Shown here piece after piece: positions 1 to 12,625 of a DNA stretch of 64,000 nucleotides. The first letter of the stretch is position 1; each line of letters starts with the position of its first letter. The notes under the pieces were generated by a model. The model worked only from the letters and a program-made list of their open reading frames with translations. It searched no databases and had not been told where the DNA came from. The translations under genes and the position numbers were made by a program. This DNA is from Moniliella sp. 'wahieum' (lineage: Eukaryota). The stretch is from NCBI GenBank assembly GCA_003971905.1, contig RSEE01000040.1:62001-126000 (forward strand), in the 5' to 3' direction.

Positions 1-499
1 TTTCTAAGAAGCCCCAGAGGCTACGACAGTGAAGAAAAGGAGATTGTCCACCAAGCTGATCTCAAGTACGGATAAACTTGTATGGCGGCCAAAGGCGTGG
101 ATACTGACGGTTGGACAGTTTTGTTCTCGTCGCATTGGCCACCGTACGAATATCGGTGTGTTGGCCTTGGTCCGGGCGAAACGATCATTATGGACACTGG
201 AGGGTGAGCGCCAAGCAGGTGGAAGGAAGTGTGGATGAGCACAAGCTCGTTCCCTGATAGGCCACCACTGTGTCTGACATGGAGGGCTTGCCTACTATGC
301 GAGAATTCGGTTTTCTATGAGGATAGCATGCCTTTATTTCTGCCAGCGTGCTGCTGCTTTTTAAGAAGGCAGTGGATCAGTTTTATCAGATGGCATATCG
401 ATAGTATATGATGTCTACAGAATCAACACTGCTCCACTTTTTTCTGTAGAGAAGCACTTCGCATGCCAGGCTCGCTCATTCGGCGCTGCTGCTAATTCG

Positions 500-1010
500 T
501 GCCAACTCAATGAGAAGCCAGTGGAGTCACCGCGGTAGATCGAACCCCCTGTGGTTCCCCCATTCGCATCCAAATTGAATGTAGCGCGAGAGGATACGAA
601 CGCGTGGTAGACGAGAGAATCGATGAATATCCAATGAGACTCCGCAGTAAGGCATTTTGCAATGCCGAAACATCTTGTTGGCCGTCTTTTTGGTGGCACG
701 ATAATACCCGCCGTCGTCATAACCAAGGAAGGACAGCTCCTGAAGTATACTTTTAGCGTTTTGTCACATTCCGCTTGCTCCAAAACAGTCCGAGCAACTC
801 CTTTTCCCGGCGTTCCCCGGAGTTTCGCGGTTCCTCAAAAGTACCCCCTTTCCGTGGGCAATTACTGCATCGGCCCCGAATCCCTAAAGTGTGGTCCCCC
901 CCTCTTCCCAACCCTCGGCAAGTTCCTGTGGCCCTGTCACTATAGTTCACCGGGCAATCCATGTGCCGGCCTTCCTCCCACGCTGCGTCGTGTCTTGTTT
1001 CCATCAGATG
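500..1010 (-). mobile_element. Old degenerate fragment (REL/C-terminal region) of the CRE-like non-LTR retrotransposon
   Basis: ORF 415..783 begins MEQAECDK...LVMTT and ORF 753..1088 contains GGDHTLG. Both match EVDHTLRDTG...LEQAECDKNAKY...LVLTTRGYYG of the copy at 44409-45233. DNA match: ccttggttatgacgacggcgggtattat vs ccctggttttgacgacgcgaggatactac. Ends approximate. Confidence 0.75.
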
Positions 1011-1244
1011 CGTTTTGCACACCCCATGGCTTGAGGGACTGTAGAATCTGTTTGGGGCGGCAACATATCCACCGAAGTCATGTGCCAACGTTCAACGTTT
1101 TCAACACGTTCAACATGTCATCCACCGGCCTATTCGAAGGTCTCCCTCCACGGAGGCCAATCATTAATCATCATTACTTGTCCTCGGCCTCACATGCGGC
1201 TGCATGATAGTGGGCACAAGTGCTGCTGCGCAAACGCGAAGAGG

Positions 1245-1443
1245 TGACCGGTGATCGATGAGAACGGAGATCTGTGAGATCGGGATCGATGAGCAGATGA
1301 GCTAATCAGCGTGAGGCCTGAGTGCCTGAGCGATGGCTCATCGGCTGAGCGAGAACCGGGGGCCTCGGGCCGGTGAAGCGTTCGTTTCCTCTGCTCCTCA
1401 TGTCATGGATGAGGCTGAAGCGGCGCTGAAGCTTGAAGCTTGA
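1245..1443. repeat. Heptamer TNA-palindrome lattice cluster
   Basis: TGA CCGG TGA TCGA TGA (1245-1261), TGA GGCC TGA (1312-1321), TGA AGCT TGA AGCT TGA (1427-1443). Confidence 0.85.
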
Positions 1444-2330
1444 AAAAAATCAGATTATCGAAGATCGATGAGAGAAGCTTTTGCAACCGGAAGGGGGGGA
1501 CAGATGGATTTGGTGGTGCGCAAAAGTTGTAGGTGGCCCTGGCAAGGTAATAAATCAAAGCAGAGGCCTCCCCACCGCGGGCCGGAGGGGGACAGGTAGG
1601 CGGGAATGGTCGGTAGCCTGTAGGGTGGCGGTGTAGGGTGTACGACTGTACTTTCGCAGTCGCAATGCCATGATTGAATGTCATGGCGGGGGCACTGGGG
1701 CACTGCTGGCACGGAGGGGCTGAGCGCTCGGAAGCCCAGAGCGCTCAGCCTGGGCGTTTAGCCGCTTAGCCGCCGTGGCGGCATCCTCCAGCACTGGCGG
1801 TGTGCCCCTATAGACCTCCGTCTGACCGGCTGACTACTGCCCGCAGGCCGCAGCTGGCGCGCCTCGTGCGGGGGTGGCGGACCACGTGGGGGGGGCGTCC
1901 GGGCGAGCCAGTGACGAGCCGGAGCACCTGCGACGGAGCCTGGGGGCAGTGTGCCCGCGTCGCTTCCGCTTGGTGCATGCGGCTGATCGCTACGGATCGG
2001 CAAGGGTCGAGCTGCAGCCTGCAGCGCTGCTGCCCCAGCGCTGCACCCGGGAGAACCGCAGTGGGCCGCAGGGGGCCGCTCCAGCGCTAAGCGCTAAGCG
2101 CTCAAAGCAGGAAGCGTCGACTACGCGTCACGCACATCAACGCTCAACCAGAACTCAGGTCGGCGCAGCGGCGGGGCGCCGAGCTTGCAGATTGCTCCGC
2201 CTTCCCTTGGCGGTCGGCGAGCCAGTTGTCTGTATGTAACCTAACATCACGCCTCGCACATCATCCGCCAGCTCGCTCGGCTGGGTCTGTGTTCGCTGCT
2301 GCCTGGTGCGGTGCAGCGCGCAGGGCATCT

Positions 2331-2340
2331 CTATATATAT
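2331..2340 (+). promoter_or_regulatory. Putative TATA box of GMC oxidoreductase gene
   Basis: CTATATATAT in GC-rich context about 115 bp upstream of ATG 2452, followed by a CT-rich tract. Confidence 0.55.
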
Positions 2341-2451
2341 CGCCGCCATCCACACTCGCCAACCCGTTGACATCCCCCTTTTGTGTCCACCCGCGCCACC
2401 CCCACCTTCGCTTCCGCTTCTCTCATCCATCTCCCCCTCCCTCTCCCTGCC

Positions 2452-4566
2452 ATGCGCACCTTCTGTGCTGTGCCGCTCATCGCTGCGGCAGTGGCGGCCA
2501 CCGCTGGAGGCGCCTGGCTGCCCCTTCCCCCCAAGCCGCATCCTCCAACGGCACCATCACCACCCAGGGCGCCACTTTGTTCGCGAGGTCGACTATGTCG
2601 TTGTTGGCGGTGGCCTGGCCGGGCTGGTGGTTGCCTCCCCCGCCTGTCCGAAGATGCCGACGTCCAGGTCGCGGTCATTGAGGCCGGCCCTTCGGGCGAA
2701 AACGATGCCAACTTGACTACGCCTGCTGCCAACCTGTACGGTTCGTCTGTGGCACTGATCTCGATTGGCAGTACAAGACCACCTCCCAGCCCGGGCTCAA
2801 TGGACGTCAAGCCTCCTGGCCGCGCGGCAAAGTGCTCGGTGGTTCCTCTGCCATCAATGGGCTGTATATGATCCGGCCCAATGCGGTCGAGGTCAACACT
2901 TGGGCCGACTTGGTCAACACCACCACCACTGCCCAGAGCAAGTGGGGGTGGACACCTTTTTGCTGCGATGCAGAAGAGCGAGTCGTTCATCCCGCCAAAG
3001 TCCAACGTCACCACTCTCCTCAATTCGCAAGCGGGTCAGGCCCAACGTAATGCAGTTTAACGCTAGCGCCCGTGGCACGAACGGGCCCATCCATGTGACT
3101 TGGCCTGGCAGGAATACGCAGATGTTGGTGCTTACGTCCAGCGTGAACAACATGGGGATCCCTCTCAACGCGGATGCGTATTCGGGAAACAACACTGGGC
3201 CATTTATCTCTACATCAGAGATCAACCCGTCCAACTGGACCCGCTCATTCTCTCGTACAGGTACCTCTCATCCTGTGCTGGGTGCTCGCCCCAATCTCCA
3301 TGTCCTAGTAGGTACCAGGTGACGAACATCAACTTTGACCTTTCCAACGCCTCATCGCCGTGGCAACGGGCGTTACCCCTACGCTTCTGGGATGGGCAGA
3401 CGAGCTACACGACCAATGCGACAAGGAGGTGATTTTGTCGCCGGATCGATCGGCAGCCCACAGCTGCTTCAGCTTAGCGGTGTGGGCAACAAGACCGTTC
3501 TTATTAGTGCCGCCGGCGTAGACCAAAAAATTAACCTCCCCGGTGTAGGCTACAACCTCCAAGACCATATCTCCACCGACATTGCCTACAGCCCCGCAGT
3601 GGAGTGAATGTGCCCCCCCTCAGCCTTGACGGGCAATGCTTTGGTCGATTCGTACGTCAATAGCGCCACTGCATACTTGCCCTTGGCTACTTTGCTCGGT
3701 CAGGCGCCAGCAACTTCACCTCCACCCTCAGCAAGGAGATTAATCGTGCTGTGGCGGGATATGACGCGCCTGGCAACGGTTCAACAAGGATACAAAGCAG
3801 TCCTGAACAACTAGTAGACCTTTTTTCCCTACGGTGGGGCCCATCGAAGTGCTGCTGGCCAATTCTTTTGGTGCCATCCAGCTGCAAGTTGCGCTCCACA
3901 TCCCGTTTCTCGGGCAGTGTACTCATTGGGTCAAACAATCCGTTTGACTCACCCAACATTGATGCTGGCTACCTTTCGGCCACCCTCGGGCCTGGACCAG
4001 CTCATCCTTCGCTCTGGCTTCAAGTGGGCGCGGCCATTGGCAACACGCCCCCCTCAAGGCGATGCTGTGGTTCAGAGACCACACCCGGAAACTCGGTCCA
4101 GTCGGACGATGAATGGGACACGTACATTGCCCAAATGGAGGCACGGAATTCCACCATCTTCGACCTGCTCGATGTTGCCTCAAGAGCTGGCGGGTAGTGG
4201 ATGAAGACCTTATCGTCTACGGTACCTCTAACCTTCGTGTGCCGATGCCTCTGTGCTGCCGCTGGCATGTCGATGCACCTTATGACTCTTGCCTATGGGC
4301 TGGGGGAAGTCGCGTCGGACATCTCAAGTACAAGCGCAAGGGTTGAGCTATCCTTCGGGCACGCCTCTTAATGCTTCCTCCACTTCCACCTCCGCCTCGC
4401 CATCTGCATCGGCCTCAGGCGCAGGAGGAATCACTTCTGCCAGCAGCCGTCCCTCGGGCGGAGGAAGCAGTCACGCTTCCTCTTCCTCTTCCGTTTGGGG
4501 GCTGCTTCCCGGATGGTCGGCCGGGCTGGGGGCCTTGATGGCCATGGCTGTTTGGGTCTGTGGTGA
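2452..4566 (+). CDS. Secreted GMC oxidoreductase (AA3 family), probable GPI-anchored (frameshifted assembly)
   Basis: Signal-like N-terminus [35 protein letters not shown] (GxGxxG FAD motif); [45 protein letters not shown]-terminal [27 protein letters not shown], then a Ser/Thr-rich linker and hydrophobic tail. Stop position approximate. Confidence 0.9.
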
Positions 4567-5965
4567 CCTTGGTGACCTGTTGAAATATGAGCTCTTCTTC
4601 TTTTCCCATCTCCTCCCTCCATTCTTTTTTTACCTTTGGCGTCCGTATTTCCTTACCTCTTCTCCTTCTCTTTCTCTCCCTCTTCCCCCAATTAGGTATC
4701 GTCCAAGGTTATCTTTGATGGCCGTGTTTCCTTTCTCTGCTTTTCTCTCCATCCTTCCTTTACACATACTGCTTTCAGCCTCTCTTCTTTCGTCTCTTCC
4801 CCCTTATCTCGTAATAGAGATGAGCGGTATAGCAATACAGGCTTTTTGCATTTTCCTTGCCAGAAAACATTTGCATCTGAAAGACCTTTTCGTTGCTGGA
4901 GTAGATTTTGTCGGGATCAGATGTCGCACAGTCACCAGATTGGTTTGACCCTGATTTGTTCTTCATCCTGTTTCCCCTTTGTCTACTATGCTCCCCTTCT
5001 CCGTATCACTTAGCTCGCATGTTCTCTTCTTCTCCGAGGTGCATACACCTCCCCTTCTTTCCCCCGATGAATATTATGATCCTCATCCTTTCTTCCACCT
5101 CCATCTCCTGTCAGTTCTGTTGGACATTTGATCTCTGGTTCCTTCTTGGCCACATATGTTGGGGGGGAGGGCACGATAGGGTTTGATGTATACCCCCTTT
5201 TTTGTGGTGCATGCTTCCATTCATAGTCATTTCCTTTTCCTTCCCTCTTCTGGCCTGTGGATGTGTTTGGTTGGGAGAATGCATGGACACGTTTGACATC
5301 CGGATGAAGCAATGATACAAAAAAGTCATGCATACTATGGAGATTCGCCACATCAGTCTGTCTCAACCAGTGTGCTGCGTGCTGTGGTGGACGCATTGAA
5401 GGGCACACTGCGCGCGCAAGGGAGAGGGTGTGGGGCAGTCCCAGTACTATTGCTGAAATCGCGCCAAGTGAAAAAGTTGATCTGTTTTCCAACCAGGAGT
5501 TTCCATCCAGGGGAAGAGAAGAGCAAAAGAGCCAAAAAATAAGTCGGGGAGGTGGGCCGGGCAAAAAGGCACACACTAATAGTCACAGCATGTGATGAGA
5601 CGGGCAGGATTATATTCTTGTTGTGGTGTAGCGCCTGCGTTGGCTGGGAACTGTGAGGTCATGTGACCTGGACCGTCGATGCGCTGCGTGTGTGCACAAG
5701 TAGCCTACGGCTGACGCACTTCCGTGCGGCCACCAGCGAGCGGGGGCGACCGGTGAGGCTCACCGCTCGCTGCTTGCTGCTGGTTCGGTGCATGTTCTGT
5801 CGCCCGCCTGGGTGTGAACTTTGGCTGACATAAGCCGTGCCCGCCCCCGCCGCGCTGCCCACCCCGGCCAGGAGCGCCGAGCGGCGACGCCCAAGAGCGT
5901 AGCAGGCCAGTCGGACGCTTGCGCTGGCTCCACCACGTTTGCTGCCCCCCCACACACTCGGCACC

Positions 5966-7010
5966 ATGTCGGGCGCGCGCGAGTCTGTTTTCCCCACGCG
6001 CATGAGTCTCAACACGACCAAGGGGCGTCTGAAGGCGCGCAACGGGCCACAGCTTGCTGAAGCGCAAGGCGGATGCACTCAGCAAGCGTTTCCGCACCAT
6101 CACCGGCAAGATTGACGAGGCGAAGCGTCGCATGGGGCGGGTCATGCAGGCCGCCGCATTTAGTCTGGCCGAGTGCAATACAGCACAGGCGATATTGGGT
6201 ATGGCGTGCAGCAGTCGGGCGCGCTGCGTCGTTCCGGGTGCAGGCAAAGCAGGAAATGTGTCGGGCGTGCTGTTGCCGGCGTTTGAGGCGGTGCCTCCGC
6301 CGCAGGGCGCTGGACAAGAGTTTGCCCTGACGGGTCTCGCACGTGGAGGACAGCAGGTACAGAAGGCACGGGAAGTGTATGCAAAGGCCCTCACGGCTCT
6401 GGTCGAACTTGCCTCGCTTCAAACTGCCTTTGTTATCTTGGACGAGGTGATCCGGATGACCAACCGGCGTGTGAACGCGATTGAACATGTCATCATCCCC
6501 CGGTTGGAAACACAATCCAGGTCCGTCCCCCCCCTCCTCTCTTGCCTCCTTCTTGCCAGGCCGAAAACTGATTGTGGTATGTGTGGCTGTGCGTGCAGTA
6601 TATTATCTCTGAGTTGGACGAGATGGACCGTGAGGACTTTTTCCGTTTAAGAAGGTCCAGGGCAAGAAGAAGCGTGATGCCGAAGCGGAGGAGGAGGAAA
6701 TGAAGAAGCTCAAGGCAGTGCAGAGGCGAAGGAAGCAGCCATGTTTGCCGCGATCGAATCGGGGGCGATCCCATCGAGCGGCGGCGGCAGCCACTAGCGA
6801 GGTTCAGGAGGCCGAGGGGGACGATGAGGATGAGGACGAGGTATCGGGCGATGCGGACGCCGGAGCCGAGGCTGAGAAGGAACCTGAGGCGGAGGCGAAG
6901 CAGGGGGGCAAGAAAAGAAGAACAAGAAGAAGAACAAGAAGGCTGCCAAGCCGGCTGTCGAGGAAGGCGGAAAGGACTTGCTGGGCAAGGACGAGGATGT
7001 GATTTTCTGA
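5966..7010 (+). CDS. VMA8: V-type ATPase subunit D
   Basis: MSGARESVFPTRM...LLKRKADAL...LVELASLQTAFVILDEVIRMTNRRVNAIEHVIIPRLE; intron about 6521-6598 (GT..AG); YIISELDEMDREDFFRL; ends DEDVIF*. Confidence 0.95.
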
Positions 7011-7280
7011 TCACCGTCTTTGTTCCTTCCTTCCTTCGCTCCCCTTACCTCATTTCCCCCATTGGGTTCATTCCTTCTCTCCCATTGGTTCCAGCACTCG
7101 CCGTCAGGCACTTTGCTGCAATTAACGTTTCCCTTATATCTCTGTGCGTTTTGCGCTCTGGGTACATGGGTCATGCGTGAGCTTAAACTAGACGAGACAG
7201 AAGCCTAACTAACTAACTCTACGCCATACAAAGAAGGGAAGGTCTCGGAAAACTGCAATTAACCGATGAGCGTGCCTTTT

Positions 7281-7520
7281 TGTTGAGCCATCAGGTGCAT
7301 CAGGTGCTGGTGCTTTGGCCAATGTCCCTTCAGTTTCTCCTCAGGCCTGGGAGTTCCGTTGTTTTCTCTCCTGTTTTTTCCTTGTTCCGCAGCTTAGCTC
7401 CTGGTGGCGACTCGCTGCTTGATGTTCCTCTGTAGGCGTTGCTGGTTGGCTTAGACCACCACCACCACCAGTGCGATTGCATCACCCTCGAGGACCATCT
7501 GGACTCCAGGTCTCTCATCA
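7281..7520. mobile_element. Solo LTR, family A (240 bp)
   Basis: TG...CA termini (TGTTGAG...CTCATCA); perfect 5-bp TSD CTTTT at 7276-7280 and 7521-7525; close copy at 36992-37226. Confidence 0.9.
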
Positions 7521-8342
7521 CTTTTGGCATCATCCCCTTACCGGTTACCAATCTTGATGTTATCGATGGACAGAATCAGAAAAAAGGGTGGTTATCCATT
7601 GACCGGGTGACGGCAGGTGCACTGGAAGGTTGCGATGGCGGAGCCAGTTCGCTGGGCACAGGTGTTTGCGCCACATCGTGCTATGGGGTGGGGTGGATGT
7701 GGGATGCTTAATGCTTGATGGAGGGAGGCCTGTGTGATGATGTGGATACTCATGCTCATCCCATGGCCTACTGAAATATCACATTCGTACTGAAGATTGC
7801 ATTATGGGGCCGCACGACAGATGGCGTGCTAGTAAATAAAGGGGGATGATAAAAATCCATCGGAGAAAAGCAGCGCGAGTGGTGGAGCCGGCGTTGGGCG
7901 CGCTGGATGGGCGACGGTAGCAAAGGAGGGTCGGCAAAGGGTGCTTGGCTGCTTTGCCCGAGGAGGATTTCGTTTGAGTTGGATTGCGATCATCGATCAT
8001 TAGTTTTGCATCATGATAGCGTTTATCCGACTCGTACTCAGAGCCCCAGCACTCACTCAGTACTCACACTGTGTTGAACGAGGCTCGATGATCGATGAGT
8101 ACGACGAGCACGCCGTGTACTACGGCGTCCCAGGCGTCATGCCATCCCCCCATCGCGTCTTTTCGCCCTCACCCGCTTCACCCACCCGCCTGCTCTTCTT
8201 CCTCTTTTTCTTTCCCTTCCTCCTCTTCCTTTCGCCCCTCCAAGCAGGCACACATTCGCTGGCCACTGCCTTCCCATCTCTCGCCCCACTTAATCCCAGC
8301 CCTAATTGGGAGTTGGGTGAATCGTCATCGCCAGCAGCCAGC

Positions 8343-11300
8343 ATGGACCACCCTCCCAGCCACCCTCCCATTGACAACGTCGACGCTTTCTCCCCTTTGC
8401 CCCTCCTCCGTTCACCCTACCGCGCCAGCACCCCCTGCGTCCGATTGCTCGCCCCTTCATGTCAACGTCAAGCGCAAGCGCCTCGAACACGACGTAACCT
8501 CCTCCTTTCCCCTCCTCTTCCCTGCCCCCGTTTCCCTCGCTTGTGCGCCCGCTATGACGCCCGCCCCGACAGCCATCTCGCCACCCGCCATCCGTCCCCT
8601 GCCCAGCCGCTCCTCCCTCCTGGCCTCCTGACGACCCCCCCCATGTCTCTGCCATGTCGGCCGCCACATCTCCTGCCCCTTCCCCCTCCGCTGCCACCAC
8701 CGGCATCGACGCCCCCACCCGCAGGCACTTCATCATCTCCTGCCTCGCCTTTGTCTCCCGGTGCTGACCTTGGCCACGGGCTGACGCCCACGGCTGATGG
8801 CCTGGTCATCTCCAGCACTCCGCTCGTCCCTCCACCGTCGCGGAAACTGTGTGTTCGCCACCAGCGCATGGCGGATGAAGGCACCACGGCCAAGCTCCAG
8901 AAAGTATGTGTGCTCCATTCGGGTTCGTGTGTCTGCACTGCAATGTACTTACCGTACCTTTTCTTGCTCTCCAGTCGATCGAGTCACTGCCGCTGACTGA
9001 CCAGCGGGCGGTCAATACAGTGTGGTCCATCTTTAGTGCCTCGTCTCACCACCGCCGTGCTCTCATTCTCCAAGGCATCTTAACCATGTGTTGCTTCTCG
9101 CAACTCTCGTCTCAGCACCGAGCTGACCAAATCTACCCGTTTCGACCCGTTTAGCCTGTTTCCCCGGGAAATCAGCCTTAAGGTCTTGGGCTATATACCG
9201 ACGCCATGACCCTCGGCCGCGCCGCTCAAGTCAGTCGACGTTGGCGCGATTTGGCTGACGACGATCTTCTGGCGCGGTCCATGTGTGCAGCATATTGAGC
9301 GCAAATGTGAAAAGTGCGGGTGGGGTCTGCCTTTGTTAAGCGACAAAAGCGGCGCCGAGCCCCCTATGTGGCTCAGTCTGCTCCTTCGCCTGCGGCCGCT
9401 CCACGAGCATTCTCACCACGACAGGTACGAATACCCCTGTCCCTACCCAGTCTCACCTCGTTCCAGCTACCAGTTCGTCATCTCCTGCTCAATCGCCCGT
9501 CCCGGGGACTGAACACACGACAGGCTTGGACGGACCACCCTACCAGACCCCTCATCCGTCTGTATCTGAGCCTTTGCATACTTCAAGTCTCTCCTCTACT
9601 CCCTCTTCGGAGGGGCCCGGAGGTTGAAGCGTTCGATCACCGCCAAGGCCAATGCGGCCGCACTGGAGAAGCGTGCTCGACCGTCGAGTGGTAGCTTGGA
9701 CGACAGACGACAGCAAGATCGTGTCGGGCGACCAAACGTGCGCGGCAAAATTGGCCAGTGACTCTCAGGCGGGCCAACAGGTGTGCCGACGACGCGCGTG
9801 CCACTGTCATCGAGCGCACCGCGGGCTTCGTCTCCGTCCCAAGGGAGTTCCGTGCCTGGCGGTACCATCCCCGTTCCTGGGTCCAATGGTCTGGCCCCCG
9901 CCCCCGTTTTGACCCGGCCGTGGAGAGTGTATTGCGAACGCCTGGTGATCGAGCGCAACTGGCGTCGTGGTCGCTATGGTGTCAAGGAACTTCGGGGCCA
10001 CACTGACGGCATCATGTGCCTCAAGTTTAGTGAAACGCTCAACCACTTCCCCTCGTCGGTGGTCATCACGGGCAGCTATGATCGTACCGCCGCGTCTGGG
10101 ACATGGAGACGGGGAAGGAGTTGCGTGTGCTGCGTGGCCACACCCGTGGGGTACGATGTCTTCAGTTTGACGATTTTAAGCTGATTACGGGCTCGATGGA
10201 TCGGACGCTCAAGATCTGGAACTGGCGCACGGGCGCGCTGTACCGTACTTTGGAAGGCCACACGGCAGGCATTGTGTGCTTGCACTTTAATGATGATATC
10301 TTGGCTTCGGGCTCGGCCGACTCGGAGATCAAAGTGTGGAACTTTCGTTCGGGAGAATGCTTTACTCTTCGGGGCCACCAAGATTGGATTAATGCGGTCC
10401 ACCTCTGGACCCCACCCAAGCCCCACCCCTCGTCATCCGAGGCCAGAGACGGAGAAGCCAAGGAGCGTCCCGCCTTTTTGTTCTCCGCCTCGGACGATAC
10501 GACAATCAAGTTGTGGGACTTGCGGACGCGCGAGTGTCTGATGACGTACGAGGACACGTTACCCAGGTCCAGAGCATCAAATTTACCATGATGGACCCTG
10601 CCACCCTGCTTCGTCTGGGACAGCGGCACCTGCCCACCGCCTCGTCGCGCTCCAAGGCAAGTACCAATGCTACCACGGAGAGGTCCGGGACGTCGGCCTC
10701 GGTTGGATGCCGATGTTGGCAGTGGGTCCGCCCTGACGACGGGACACGGTGCGGGTACAACCCTTCCAATGTCCCTGGCGGCCGCCAAGCCAATACCAAC
10801 CAGCCTGACCTCCCTCCGCCGTTCTTTGCCCACGCCGCTCTGCCGCCTACCGAGCCTCCCCCCGCGCCTGCGCTCGGCGACACCGAGCCCGGTACGGGCG
10901 CGTACGGGCCCGGCACAGTTTGAGCCTCTCCATCCGCTCCGACGGGACGATGCGCCCGAGTTTGCCTGGCAAGAAGAAGGACGGGACGAGGATGATCGGA
11001 TGCACCCTCTTGGGTTGGCACCCCCCCGCAAGCGTCCAAGCTCCCCAAGCACCTTGATCGCTTGCACCACATCTTGTCCGACGCGGGTCTGGCGCCGGGC
11101 TTGCCGGCGGATGGGGAACTGCCCGATTTTTATTATGCACTGTTTGGCCAGGGAGCCGATTCGGATCTGGGTACGGCGAGTAAGTTTAGTGTGGTACCGC
11201 CGGTGGATGCAAGTGACGAGGCGGGCTGTGCGGCACAACGCCCCGTGTTGATCAGTGGCAGTCTGGACAACACGCTCAAAGTGTTTGATGTTTGACGGGC

Positions 11301-11576
11301 TTGTGTGTGCGGACGATCTTTGGCCACGTCGAAGGCGTCTGGGCGGTGGACGCGGACAATCTGCGCATCGTCTCGGCCTCGCACGATCGGACGGTCAAGG
11401 TGTGGGACCGGGACACGGGCGCGTGCGAGTCCACCTTGGTGGGCCACACGGCGCCCGTGACATCCGTCGCGTTGGGCGACGATAAGATCGTGTCGGGCTC
11501 AGACGATCATACGGTTCGCATCTGGTCCTTCTCTTCCCCGACGACACCGTTGCCTTCCGAGGCAGGGAACGCTTGA
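8343..11576 (+). CDS. sconB: F-box/WD40 sulfur regulator SconB/Met30/Pof1-like
   Basis: KLCVRHQRMADEG; ILQGILTMCCFSQLS; F-box DPFSLFPREISLKVLGY; QHIERKCEKCGWGLPLL; WD40 repeats (GHTDGIMCL, GHTRGVRCLQFD, GHVEGVWAV). Intron 8904-8974. Start uncertain. Confidence 0.9.
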
Positions 11577-12339
11577 ACCCGTGCCGTTTCGCGGTACGTG
11601 CCAAGTGCCAGTCGCGGTTGCTGGCACTCTCGCCCACCCTGGCCGTTGGCCCTGGCGTCTGTCTTGAGGCTGTTTGCCTTTGCTTCCTGTCCTTCTAGTT
11701 GGCTCTCTTTTATTCTGCTCCGCTTTCTCAATCTCAACCTCTCACCATCCATCTTGACTTGTTTTTTATTTTGTTATTTCCATGATGTACACGCATTCAG
11801 AACCCCCTCTTGTGATAGCTGCCTGCGACGAGGAAGGAAATCCTTGGCATTACGATATCATCGGCAGTGTTGTGCCCCTCGTAAGCCAACCTTTCTGACA
11901 CGGGAGGTACGGCCTATGGCCGACCGGTGGCTAGGATTTTCACGCCCCTAAACCTCTACCCTCGATCTCAACAACCCACAAGCAATCTTCCCTGTATCGC
12001 GCGCGTCGGGGTGATGTCCGCAACAAAGGTGCTCAAATGTGATTTGTGATCCATGGTCGATGGTCGATCTGATTGATCCTCTGCGATCTGACCATCGATC
12101 CGCCGCCGATCGAGGGAGGAGAGGGAGTGAAGAGGCGCGAAAGGCTGTGCGAACTCGCAGGGCTTCAATCAACATCATTATTCAATCGTCCCCCTCACCG
12201 TCACCATAACGCGGGCGCGTCTGCCTCAGTTTGTTGATGCGGAAAGGCCAGAGAGCAGGAGGCAGTTAGTTGATGGTGATTAATGATTGTCCGTTGCACA
12301 ACTGTTGATCCCAGGGCGACCGAGAGGCCAGAGGGTATA

Positions 12340-12625
12340 CAGATGCTCCGGCACTGGAAGGATTTGACTACTGGGTACTGACTCTCAATGGAAATGGTTC
12401 CTCGCTCGGATGTCTATCATGTTCGTCCGTGTCTATTACACGCGCTACCTCGGGTATTATGGGAACGGATGGCGGGCACCAAAAGAGGGTCCTGATCTCC
12501 TGGCGATTCCCCTGGTCCCCTAAGCGGGGTTGGTGCTACTAGCAGCACACGCAAGATGAACGGGTCGATTTCGGCGCAGCGTTTCTTTGTCCCAGCCTTA
12601 AGCTCTGTGTCAATGACATGGATGC
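12340..12625 (+). mobile_element. 3' fragment of CRE-like retrotransposon
   Basis: Aligns to 45065-45330: ggaaatggttcctcgctcggatgtc...gagggtcctgat...tgtcccagccttaagctctgt. Confidence 0.85.

Noticed and set aside
1..260. Possible 3' end of a gene at the window start
   Set aside because: No recognisable motif in any frame.
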